64,000 nt of DNA. Origin: Microbotryum violaceum (Eukaryota). Below the pieces are notes generated by a model. The model had not been told where the DNA came from. It did no database searches and was given only the letters and a program-made list of their open reading frames with translations. Of the stretch, positions 24,527-36,590 are shown in pieces. The DNA is taken from assembly GCA_001244265.2 (NCBI GenBank), contig CDLV01000010.1:1488001-1552000 (forward strand), read 5' to 3'. Positions within the stretch are counted from its first letter, which is position 1, and each line of letters starts with the position of its first letter. The translations under genes and the position numbers were made by a program.

Positions 24527-27500
24527 ATGAGCTCCCCCGAGTAGGTGTACATGCTCCGCTTGACCCAGCGGCTCAGAGACACTGACGCCTTCTCAACCCG
24601 CTACACCAACAGGCCAGGAGCGAACTCCGGCTCAGGCGACGATGCGAACGGTCATAGCCAGCGCCTCAATCCTCCACGATTGACTCAGGCCGTAGAGCCA
24701 GACAGGTGTATCAAGGTCAGTAGCCAGGCTCTTGTGTTAATACTGACACTGTAGAGCTGATTCGAGTGGGTATGTGCAGGTGCTGCTCGCGACGGACAAT
24801 CACGTCGGTTACGCCGAGAATGACCCCGTGCGAGGACGAGATTCGATCAATTCGTTCCGCGAGATTCTCGAACTTGCCGTGGCCAATGATGTGAGATAGA
24901 GGTCGTGATCCGCATGCCACGATGCTTCGTGCTGACGCGCCTCCTCTCGCTTTTCCGTCCAGGTCGACTTGCTCCTTCTCGCCGGGGACCTCTTCCACGA
25001 GAACCGACCGTCCCGCACGTCCCTGTATCAAGTCATCTCATCGTTACGCGAGTTCACTCAAGGAAGACGTCCCATTGAACTGGACATCGTCAGCGACGCC
25101 GGAATCGGTATCCGACGCGACGCGACGTCAGTCCACCACTCTTTGACCTTGGGACGCGACGTCAAATCGCGCTCGTGCGCCTGCGGCACGTCGGAAATTG
25201 ATTTTTATGCTTTCAACACCTCGCATTCCCACAGCTGGCCGAGCATAAACTATCTGGACGAGAACATCAATGTCGGACTACCTGTTTTCTCGATCCACGG
25301 GAATCATGATGATCCGCAAGGTACTGGCGCTGTGAGTCTTGCTCACTCACACTCCGTCCGACTCTGGCCAGAAAGCAGAGCGAGCACTCGGACTCGAATT
25401 GATCCGATCACCTCCCCTTTTGTGAACTCACAGGAAGGAGCTCTGTGCGCACTCGACATCTTGTCAGCCTCAGGTCTGATCAACTACTTTGGTCGCACCG
25501 AAATCCCCGGTGCCAGTGCGAACGATGAAGATGTGCAAGAAGACGGCGGCATCGTCATCAAGCCGATCCTACTACAAAAAGGCTCGACCAAATTGGCCTT
25601 GTACGGCATCGGCAACGTTCGCGATGATCGGTTTCACTACGAGATGAAAAATTCGCGTGTCGAAATGCATCAACCGGTCGAAGATGCGGACGAATGGTTC
25701 AATATCGTCCTCGTCCATCAGAACCGGTACGTGTGCAACTGCGAGCATCTGTCTTCTCAGACAATGTAACTGACTTTTGCAAACGTATCGCGTACAGTGT
25801 TGCCCATGGCAAGAAGTCCAACAACACATCCGATGGAGCATTTTCTGATGATGCTCATCTCATCGTGTGGGGTCATGAACACGACTGCATCGAGCAGGCG
25901 ACCCCGGTCTCTGTGCCTGGGAGGCCGTACTACATCGTTCAACCTGGGAGCTCGGTTGCCACGAGTCTTGCCAAAGGTGAAGCAATACCGAAGTGAGTCA
26001 CATCTCCCAGGATCTCTACTGGTTCGCCACTGATCTCGACGCTCTCGATGCTCTTCTGCTTGCTAGACATGTCTCACTCATTAAGATTCAAGGCAAGGAA
26101 TTCGAATTCGAACCGATCCGTCTGCGCACCGTTCGCCCTTTCATCTTTGAAGATATCTCCCTCAGCGAAGCGCACGACCCGTCCCGCAAAGTCAATCTCA
26201 AGGACAAGGTCGCCGTAAACCGTTACCTCAAAGGATGCGTCAACGATCTCATCGCTCGTGCCAATGCCGAATGGGCTGAATTGAATCCGGACCTCCCAGC
26301 ATCCGAACGCTTGTTACCTCTCATCCGCATCCGCGTCGATTACGGAGGTGGACCGGACGGAAACGGTGTCTTCGAAATCGGTAACCCCCAACGTTTCGGT
26401 CAAGATTTCGTCGACAAAGTCGCCAACCCTCGAGATATCGTTCAATTCCACCGTAAAGCGGCTCGAGCCTCCAAAAAAGTCGACATGGATCATGTTGATA
26501 AAGCCAAAGTCATGGCTGCGATCGAGGAATCGGAGGATATTGGGTCCCAGATGGAAAAGTTGAAAGTGTCGAGTTTGGTGACGCAGTACTTGTCAGCGCA
26601 GAATTTGAGGGTCTTGTCGGAAGAGTTTATGCAGCGGGCCATTGAGGAATATGTCGATAAGGGGGATAGGGATGCGATTGCAGAGTGAGTAGAAGGAGCG
26701 CTTTGACGATTTGGCTCTTGCATAAGAGAGTTTTAAACATGGGTTGTTCGTTCGGTTTTCTCCAGTATGCTCAAAAAATCGGTCAAGGATGCGGTCGCCA
26801 ACATCTCAAAGACGTACATTCCTTCCAAAGACGGGCCGGAGCATGACCATTTGGAGAACGAGGTCGGTTTGGACATTTCAGAAACACACCATTTGGTTGC
26901 CCCGTTATGAATCGTCATTTGGCTGATTTGAACGTCTCCTCTCGCAGGCCCTTGTTGCGAAAGACTACTTGACGGCCAAGTATGCCCCTAAGCCGAACAA
27001 GGTTAGTGCGCCCCGCACGCGCGTGCGCAGCGAACGTCCGCGAAGCAACTCGATCCTGATTTGAGGCTCGACTTTTTGGATCTGAGCAGAGCAAGGGCAA
27101 ACAGAAGAGGTCGCAAGATTCCGATACGCCACAAGAGGAGGAAGAAGAGGAGGAGAGGGACTCTATGGCGGATAGTGCTGCTTCGAGTGATGACGGGCGT
27201 CGAGGGAGGAAGAAGGCGGCACCACCGGCCAAGAAGAAGGGCCGGGCTATGTCGTCTAGGAAGAAGCAGAACGAGTTGGTGAGTATGTATGGGACATTCT
27301 GTTCAAGAGGGTGAACGGTGCTGATTACGAAGAGTTGCCGGATTTCGCAGTTCCTCTCCGACGACGATGACGACGACGACGACGATGATGTTGTGGTTCA
27401 GGATCAGGACGACGATGAGCAGAGTGACGTGATTTCGGACTCGCCTCCACCCAAGAAAGCGTGAGTACTTTTTATCACATTTCGCGTGATCTGTCAACGG

Positions 27501-27853
27501 AAAGCAAGACACTGATACTAAGAAGGTCAAATATATCATGCGACGCACTTAGCCCGGCGAAGAAGGTTGCCGCTTCGACTAGGAAGACCGTTGCACCAGC
27601 CAAGACGAAAGCAGTGCCGCTCCCCAAACCCAAGGCCAAAGCACCGGCGGCGACTCAGCCCAAGCGCGCGGTAACGCAGCAGGTCGTGTCGACGGATAGT
27701 GATGATGATTCGTGAGTGTTATGCTGGGTATTTTTCTCGCGTGGTATCCGTGGTATCCGCGTGGTATCCGCGTGGTATCGGAGCTGATCCTTGTTTTCTT
27801 GCGTTGGGGATGTTAGGGATGATGCCCCCGCGACTCGGAGAAGACGTCGGTGA
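24527..27853 (+). CDS. MRE11: DNA double-strand break repair nuclease Mre11
   Basis: Phosphoesterase motifs LLATDNHVGY, LLAGDLFHEN, IHGNHDDP, VHQNR and VWGHEH; LPLIRIRVDY..NPQRFGQDFVDKVANP; low-complexity acidic/basic tail. Confidence 0.97.
27739..27779. repeat. Short tandem repeat (CGTGGTATC)x4 in the last MRE11 intron
   Basis: cgtggtatccgtggtatccgcgtggtatccgcgtggtatc read directly. Confidence 0.85.
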
Positions 27854-28133
27854 ATTTCGAGTGCTGTGCCCCAGATGCTGTGCCCCCGCTCGTACAGGTT
27901 GTTGGAAATAGCGTGCTATTTTTGATACACTGCATTGCATGACGCGCGTTTTTTGTTTCGGGGAATTGCTTTTGAGGAACTAGTCTGAAAGCGAGGGCGG
28001 ATTCCGAGGAGATTCGAGCATGAAAAAGGGGCAACTGCAGCTGGAAGCGGGCCAAGGCAGAGACAGAGCAAACGGCAAGCGGGTGAACGTCAGGCGCGCG
28101 CTGCCGATGACGCCGGCTCCGTCCTCCCGCCTC

Positions 28134-28167
<34 letters not shown>
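28134..28167. repeat. (GTCT)n microsatellite upstream of the NPC2-like gene
   Basis: About 8 tandem GTCT units. Confidence 0.95.
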
Positions 28168-28211
28168 GGTACCTTACTCCAACCCCTCCTTCTACCCCAC
28201 CCGAAACCACG

Positions 28212-29331
28212 ATGCGGTTCTCCCTCGTCTCAGCTGTGGCTCTGACCACCTTCTCAAGCCTAGTCGCCTCCGTCCCCGCGGCTCAAGTCGAAGATTGGGA
28301 CATGGTCGTGCAACAAGACGCCGCGGCCGCGCTCGAGTGGGCCGCCGGTGCCGTCTCGCGTATCGGCGATGATACACCCGTTCATACGATGACACAATGG
28401 AGTTGGACGGATTGCGGTGAGTGGGTGGTCTATCGGCTATGATGGGGTGTGACTCGGCGAAAGAGTGGATGTGGGGTGGTCGTCATGCTGGGTGGTCGGT
28501 TGCCCCCAGTCGGGAGCGGATCAGCTGACGCCACACCACCACGCACGCCTTGTGGGCCCATCCTCCACATCGCTCTGATGACCAATCGCACTCTCTCCTC
28601 CTCCTCGCTGCTCCACAGGCCACCCCACCGATGCGATCGAAATCGACTCGATCAAGATTTCGCCCGACCCTCCGGTGCCCGGAAAGGATCTGACCATCTA
28701 CGCGTCGGGCACGGTCAAGACGCTCATCACGGTCAGTTGCTGTTGCCGACGATCTAACCGCGCCCCACCTCGATGGGGGAGAGCGGCAATTCGCATCGGA
28801 CTGACACGCGCGGGTGATCCTTCATTGAAAAGTATGGCTCATACGCAAATGTTGTCGTCAAGTTGGGCTTGATCAAGTTGGTGAACAAGACGATCGATGT
28901 TTGCGATGAGCTGTGGGTTCGCTTCTCCGTCGAAGGTAGAGAAGCCATTTGACTGAGGAACAACTTTATGCCGCACAGTGCCAATGCCAACTCGACGCTG
29001 CAATGCCCCATTGACCCCAACACGTACCAGGTCGAACAGACTGTTGCTCTTCCGGCCGAGATTCCTCGCGGTGAGTAGTCATGGCCCACAACTCAGGCAG
29101 GCACAATTTCGCTCATATCTCTCTCCGTTCGGGCCCCTTCTCTTCAACAGCCAAGTTCGTCGTCCAAGCCAACGTATTCACCCAAAAGGATGAACCTGCG
29201 GCGTGTGTCAACTTGTGGAGTGAGTATCCTGTTCTCATGCTGTCTCCCGCCAGAGATGATTTGGCACTGACGAATTCTTTCTTCTGCCTCCCACTCCAGT
29301 CAACTTTTTGCTGCCCGACCGAGCTGAGTAA
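28212..29331 (+). CDS. NPC2: ML-domain lipid transfer protein (PG/PI transfer protein, NPC2-like)
   Basis: Signal peptide MRFSLVSAVALTTF; WSWTDCG, IEIDSIKISPDPPVPGKDLTIYASG, VVVKLGLIKLVNKTIDVCDEL, LQCPI, VALPAEIPR, ACVNLW. Confidence 0.9.
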
Positions 29332-29583
29332 ACTGTCAGTTGAAATTCTGCCACGTTTAATGCGCAGACTTGCTTTTGCATAGCTTTGTCGCTCCTTGAT
29401 TCCCCCGGATACCAAGCCCTTTCTCTCTCCCTACCAATCCCGGGGCCTTTGGCGCATTAATCCCTCCTTGTCTTCCCCATTGTCTGTATTGAAAGCGCCG
29501 CGTTGATTTTACATAGATAAGCCTAATCTATATCTGATCATTGATTCCCAAAGGAGCCTGGTCCTAGCCAAGTGATGGCCGAG

Positions 29584-29707
29584 CCCTCCCAGCCCAGAAG
29601 CACAGTCTTCTCCCTCCCAGCCCAGAAGCACAGTCTTCTCCCTCCTCTTCGCCTAAGCTTTGACCCAGAAGCACATTCTTCCCCCTCCCCTTCACTTAAG
29701 CTTTGAC
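29584..29707. repeat. Nested 28-bp and 43-bp tandem duplications at the APT1 3' end
   Basis: ccctcccagcccagaagcacagtcttct x2 (29584-29639); agctttgac recurs at 29656 and 29699 with similar flanks. Confidence 0.9.
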
Positions 29708-30507
29708 GATCGAATAGCTCGGCGCATCCAACACATCTGCCCCCCCAATCTGAATATCAATCACAAACAAATACTCGACCGTCTTACCTCCACTCTTGGT
29801 AATCAATTCGCCCGCCGCTTTCGCGGACCCTCCCGTAGCGATCAAATCATCCACACATAAAACCGTTTGACCTTCCTTGATCGCACCCGCTTGCATTTCG
29901 AATTTATCCTGACCGTATTCCTTCTCGTAAATGGTCTCGATCGTCTTTCCGGGTAACTTGCCCGATTTTCGAACGGGAACGAAACTTGCACCGAGACGAG
30001 AAGCGAGGATAGGTCCGAAGAGGAATCCACGAGCGTCGAGTCCTACGACGACGTCGATTTTGTTGTGCGGGGTTCGAGGTAAGGTGTGCGTGAAGATGTG
30101 CGACATAAAGTGAGTGATCACTGTAGAGGGTGGAAGGGGGGGGGGGATTGGCTTAAGATCGTGCAGAGGACGGGGGTGGGGTGGTTAAGCGATCCCCTGT
30201 TATGCGGGTAACTGGCTTACGGGTTTCAAATACGATCGCATCTTGGAAGACTGTGTATACATCATCCCACGACCCTGGTCAGATAGATATGGAGCTAGTC
30301 ATCGTTCCCAGTCTGTTTTCTTCTACACGCACGGGGAAAGATGTCCAAGAAGACGATACCCGCTTTCGGGAAATCGGGGTGTACGCCCAACTTGTTCTGG
30401 TGCGGAGGGGGTGCATCATTCAACGTCAGCACGGACTTTCACAGTAAAAAGTGACGGATGAGATTGAATACCTTGATCAATTCAACGTCGGATGCGGGGG
30501 AGGACAT
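29696..30507 (-). CDS. APT1: Adenine phosphoribosyltransferase
   Basis: HPDFPKAGIVFLDIFP, VVGLDARGFLFG, VPVRKSGKLPG, YEKEYG, PRPP motif VDDLIATGGS. Confidence 0.97.
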
Positions 30508-30981
30508 GATGGGCCGTGGGTTGTTGGGTTGGGAGGGAGAGAGAGAGAGCGGCGCTAGCCAGAGGTGCGAAATGAGGTTCGGCACGTGCACTTGCTTCCG
30601 CAATCGTATGGGCGGTGGTTACGATTCACTGTGCGTTCTTGAGCAGTTCGCTGAGTACGCATCTCTTTTGAGCTCGACGTGCAATCATCCCAAGTATAAT
30701 ATCCTTTTGGAGATTCAAGGTGGGGTTTGGCAAACAGCGCACTATGGATTTCCGAGACTACACCCAAAAAAATGATCGACCACGTGGGGAGTCACCGACA
30801 ACGAAAAGTCATGGTCCTGCTCACGGATGAACGAGACACTGAAGACGTTAGACGACTCTAGAACAACCGATACACTTTAGAGTTTCCCCATCGGTCCTTT
30901 GTGATCAATCCCTGCAGCTAGCTTTGAACTTGAGACTTGAGACTTGAGAACAAAACTCGAAACTCGAATCCGAGACAGCGT

Positions 30982-33597
30982 TCACAACGCTGAGGCGATC
31001 GAGACGACTGCACCGCGAGAGAACGCGGTGGGGTCGAGTTCAGGCATAACTGTGTAGTCAACAGGCTCCAGCATCAGTCCATGGTGCTTTATTAATGTAT
31101 AAAGAACCTGCATTAACTCACCGGCTGATTGACCGAGTTGTTGAGCCGTCCACAAGTTGGCCGGACGACCTTCCAACTCCTTTCGATCTTCAAGGTCCGC
31201 CGAACGCTTCAAGCCCAACTCGTTCCACACCTCATTGAGCGCATTGACGAGTTCGTCGAGCTGCTCGGGGGTGTGCAAAGGACTAGGGGTGATGCGCAGA
31301 CGTTCGCTACCGATGGCGACGGTGGGGAAGTTGATGCTCTGGACGTAGAGTTTGTGTTTTCTCAAAAGCAGGTCGCTAGCTGCTTTGGCTTGTTCGGCGT
31401 TACCGACCAACAGCGGGACGATGTGCGAAGGGTTGGGAATCACGGGAATTCCGATCGCGGTGAGCTTGGATTTGACCGTCGCGACGTTGCGTTGTTGTTG
31501 TTGGCGGTCACCGATGTGCTCCTTTTGGTAGGCGATCGCGGCGCGGGCACCGGCCATGTTGGCGGGAGGGAGCGACGTCGTCTGCGAATGTACCACAAGC
31601 TCCTGATCAGTGCCTCTTCAGTAGGCAATCAGGGACGATCAAAAGTACGTACAAAGATGAAACCAGGCGCGTACGATCTGATCATGTCGACAAGCTTGGT
31701 GCTAGCGGCGATGTAGCCGCCAACGACACCGTAGGCCTTGCCCAAAGTACCAGTGACCTGCAGTGCGCGTTGAAACCAGAGTGTACTCAGCAAAGACGTC
31801 CTTACACGGGCGCGCGGACACAGCAGTGGATCCTACACGCACAATGTCGATCCTATCCATCGCACTGCCGATCTTGCCACCGCTCTTATTGGCCTCGAAA
31901 TCGAGGTGCTCGGCGACACCGGCACCACGCGGTCCGTACATACCGACGGCATGAACTTCATCGAGGAAGGTGATGGCACCATACTTTTCGGCGAGGTCGC
32001 AAATTTCTTCGATGGGTCCGACGCTGCCGCACATCGAGTAGACGGACTCGAAGGCGATGATCTTGGGCCTGGGGAGCGACGGACGATGGAAGTTTAGCCT
32101 CTGGCAGCGGTGTCGAGCTTGCACCATGTGTCCCCGTGTCCACTCACGTATCAATGGGCAAAGCCTTGAGCTTGGCCTCGAGGTCAGCGACATCGTTGTG
32201 CTTGAAGATGACCTTGTTGGCGCGCGAGTGGCGAATGCCCTGGATCATGGACGCGTGATTGCTTTCGTCCGAGAGGATGACGCAGCCAGGCAACTTGGAG
32301 CCGAGGGTGCTCACTGCAAGCTCGACATCATTCACTAATCAGTTCCACTTAGTGAGCCTACTGGTGTCGACTATTCCGGACTCACAAGTCTCGACATTGG
32401 CGACGTAGCACGACGAAAAGACGAGCGCGGCGGGCTTGCCATGGAGATCGGCGAGCTCCTTCTCGAGGGCCAAGTGCAATTGACCATTACCGGCGATGTT
32501 GCGCGTTCCACCAGCGCCAGCGCCGTACTTGTCGAGACATTCACTAAAAAGGAGCGAGGCTGAGTCGGTTGCCGCTGGGATGTTCGTTGTAGATGTCCTC
32601 GGATGCCAAGGGAAAAGAGAAATGACTCACTGCATCGCTTGCAGCACTACGGGGTGCCTACCCATGCCGAGGCTGAAAGTGAAATGGAAACAGTGGTCAA
32701 CATCTCTGAGAAGACTTGGTGGAAACCGCCCAGAGATTCCGAGGTCGAAAGTTTTGACTCACTAATCGTTGGAGCAGTGCACGGTGACCTCATCCTCGAC
32801 CTTGGCGGTGTGAGCGACGGGAAACTTGGCTCTCAAACGGTTGATGTTGTTGAAGTACTGTTGGAGGCGGATACATGGCGGCGGGAAGAGCAAGTTGGGC
32901 AAGGGCGGATTCGAGGTAAGTCAGGGTTTGCGGGGAAAGCGATCGCCATCGGCCGAAGGCAGCGCACGACCGACCACTCGATGAAACGAGCGTCAAGCCA
33001 ATAAATCGGAGCTCAAGAACTAACCCTATAAGACTTGTCTTTGTGCTTCTTGTCCAGCTCTTGATGATAGAACGAATCGTACTCGAAGCCTGGTCTAGCC
33101 GAGGTGATGACATGCTTGGCGAACCCAAGCGCGTTCGTCGGGCGGCCTCCGTGGAAGACACGCTCCGGCGAGTGCTCCTCCTCGAGACCTTCAAGGAGGT
33201 CTTGTTGGCCCCGGAGTTTGGGGCTAGTGACGGTGTTGCCGCACTTGGCTTGTTGGGCCTCGGCCGCGGCTTGACGACGGAGAGCCTCAGATTCAGTCTG
33301 TTGCTCAGCGATCGAGGCGTACCCGCGCGCTTGACGACCGGACGACGAAGGGTCTCCAGCCTGACTCGAAGTCGAGAAGGGTGCTGCAGCCACTGGACAG
33401 TCGACGGGAGCCGACCCCTTCTGAGCATAGGCAGCGGCCATGAGCGGGCAGTTGGTGGTGGCGAGTGCGGCGAGTCGGTTCGTCTGAGGGTGACCGGGTA
33501 AAGCCGTGGTCGAGAGCGTGCGCAATTGCTGCAGGCCCGTCTTGTGCAGGAAGGGGCATACGTTGCCAAACGCTTTCAGGCCTCGCAATGCTTCCAT
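30982..33597 (-). CDS. HEM1: 5-aminolevulinate synthase, mitochondrial
   Basis: N-terminal CP motifs (VCPFL, NCPLM, DCPVA); [86 protein letters not shown]. Confidence 0.97.
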
Positions 33598-34380
33598 ATT
33601 GGTGAGCGAATGAGTTGGTGTGTAGGTGTGGGGTTAGGGTGTGAGTAGAAGGACAACGTCGCCGCCTGATCGATGGCGCGAATTTTTGAATTTAGGTCCA
33701 GATCTCGGGTGACCGACCAATCGTACGAGCCGAATAGGGCCGACGAAACCTTGCCTAGGCTCAGCCTTAGACGCCGTTTGGGACGAGGCCAAAATCGATT
33801 TCGCTAGTGGAGGTCGAGCTGGGACGTGGCTTAAATCACTGATGTGTGGCAATAACTTGCTCTGGCAGCTCAAGTTCGACGTTGTTCGCTCTAGAAAATC
33901 CAAACAAAATCACTGTTTCATTCGCTAAATGACAAAACGAAAGGAAGAGGACTAGGACCTCTTGTCAAGTATCCTTGTAATCGGAGCTTGTGCTCGAGAA
34001 AGCGATGCTCAAGTCCGAGGAGAAAGTCATAGTAGCTGCAGATCGACACTACTGCACACGAGGGCAGGAGATCATTGAACTTACTGAAACCTCGGAGAGT
34101 CAACAGGACCACGTTCAAGTTTTGGTACCAACAAGATAATTTTGATGGCTTGTCGAAGGCTGTCGGGTGGCGCCGAGCGAAAATTCATGACGATACAAAC
34201 TCGTCAAACAAAGCGCAAAATACGTGAGAGTGAGTCGACACACTATATTTCCACTCGAATGAAAGATCCGGGTGTCCATCTCTCCTTCGTGCTCACTTTC
34301 GGGGCAGCACTAATATAGGTTGGGAATACAGCCCCCGCCGCCCGCTGGCCAGGTCACGCTTTAGAAAGAGCATCCATACA

Positions 34381-36590
34381 TAATGCCGCGAGCAAACGGT
34401 GCAATTACTAACGACGCGTGCGCGTTTACCCCTGAAGCTTGGCCGGTTGTAAGGTGCAGGCTTCACTCACAAATGGTGCATCATTCTTCGCGCAAGTTTG
34501 GTGCAACAAGCTTCCTTATCTAATTACCAAATATGTTCACACTTAGTAAGAAGCACTCTCACCAGGATCTCACGCGGCGTAGTAGTTGAAAATCGTTCCA
34601 TTGTGCCCGCAGTCACGGTGGCCATCGTCCGCAACGAGTAACCCATCACTGCAGGCGCCGGGATCGGCGAAGGCCCCCGGGTTTCAGTGTAGCCACCTCT
34701 TCCTCTTACTGGGCATTACAACGGATCATGGAATGAACTGCGGTTCCTTAAGGCCTGCCACCGCTAGCACCCCTACAAAAAAAAATCCAAACATTCGGCG
34801 AAAGCCTACTAGGGGCCGCGCAAAAACTCGCATCCGCTCGTCATTCGGCGGGCTGCACCGGCAAACTCACGAATGCCCCCGTGACTAGCTTCTCCAAGCT
34901 TCGCACGTTCCTAGTCTTTCTACCCCGGTTCCTACACATACAATTCTCATCCAAAGCACTCTTTCTCTTCCTTGTTGAGCGGATACCTCGTCCATCTCGA
35001 GCACAACGACGCCTGAATGAGGTACCTTCTAGATGGCCAAGCACGCTCATCAATGGGTCCAAAACAAAAAAGGAGAGTTAGGAGAGGAGAGCTTGTCTCA
35101 GTTGTGGGCAAGGCCCGTGGGGCGGGCGCACCACTGATGCACCCTCACAAAGCGGCGTCGCACGATCCTCTCTTCCCCTCCGCTCTCCCACTTCTACACA
35201 TACAATCCTCACCCAAAGCACTCTTTTCCTTCATTTTTGAGCGGATGATCCCTCCGCCTCGCGCACAGCAATGCCTATGAATGGGGTGCTTTCTAGACCG
35301 TCGGCGCCAAGTACGCTCAAGTCAACAAAAGCGATTGACCAACTGCTCCAAAACAAAGGGGGCCACCCATCGCGCGGCAGCGACAAAGCTCCCTAGAGCC
35401 ATATCTATCGGATTGTGAATCGGAATTGATCAGGATGAGGACGATTCGACAATCTCGGCAGCTTTCAAGTTGGTCGCGGTTCCCCCACTGCAAACCCTCG
35501 ACATTTCGCACGAGGCCTCAGCCTTGGGGCTCTCGATTCCTCGCACTAGAGAAAGCCCCGAAACTGAGGAGGTGCCAGATGCCGAGGACTTATTGGGGGG
35601 AACCGCGACCAAAACTGCCAAGTTTTCTGATTCGTCCTCATCCTGATCGAGATCCGATTCAGCTTCCAATAAATATGACTATGGCGAGCCTTGTTGCTGC
35701 AGTGCAATGGGTGGGCAGGCCCCTTTGAGGCAGTTGGCGAGTCATTGCTGTTGTTGACATGAGCGTACTTGGCGCCATCTAGAAGGTACGGGTACCCCCC
35801 TTTAGGCGTCGTTGTGCTCGAGGTGGACGAAATTTCCGCTCGACAAGGAAGGGTAGGAGTGTTTGGGTGAGGATTATATGTGTAGAAGTGGGAGACTAGG
35901 GAAAACACGAGGAACGTGCGAAGCTTTGAGAAGCTAGTCACAGGGGCAATCGTGAGTTTGCCGGTGCAGCCCGCCGAATGACGAGCGGATGCGAGTTTTT
36001 GCGCGGCCCCTAGTAGGCTTTCGCCGAATGTTTGGATTTTTTTTTGTAGGGGTGCTAGCGGTGGCAGGCCTTAAGGAACCGCAGTTCATTCCATGATCCG
36101 TTGTAATGCCCAGTAAGAGGAAGAGGTGGCTACACTGAAACCCGGGGGCCTTCGCCGATCCCGGCGCCTGCAGTGATGGGTTACTCGTTGCGGACGATGG
36201 CCACCGTGACTGCGGGCACAATGGAAGAATTTTCAACTACTACGCCGCGTGAGATCCTGGTGAGAGCGCTTCTTACTAAGTGTGAACGTATTTGGTAATT
36301 ATATAAGGGAGCTTGTCAAGTGACAATGTAATACATAACATACTACACGAGATTCAGCGCATTGACGAGCAACGTCACCACGGTACGCGGCACGGTAGAT
36401 GCACCATCCTCAATCGGTAAACGATTGGTAAACGCACCACTTTTTCGGAGCAAATGCTGGCCTTTATTTTCTACCTCCGGCTTGCATTTGTAAATGAAGC
36501 TTGCACCTTACTACCTGCGATAGATGCGCCAAGCTTCGGGGGTAGATGCGCGCGCGTAACTGGTAATCGCCGCATTTGCTCGCGGCATTA
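34381..36590. mobile_element. Non-autonomous fold-back/TIR element forming a ~2.2 kb near-complete palindrome
   Basis: Ends TAATGCCGCGAGCAAA ... TTTGCTCGCGGCATTA; 34506-34911 is the reverse complement of ~35911-36316 with about 9 mismatches by eye; 35161-35536 pairs with ~35547-35920; loop about 10 nt near 35541; no transposase ORF. Confidence 0.85.

Noticed and set aside
33900-34380. Short protein-like stretch upstream of HEM1 (LEKAMLKSEEKVIVAADRH)
   Set aside because: No start, no splice context and no recognisable family; cannot be supported.
34586-36236. Twin 100-aa ORFs (34586-34888 and 35934-36236) as a duplicated gene pair
   Set aside because: They start with TTG, have no motifs and are identical simply because of the inverted repeat.
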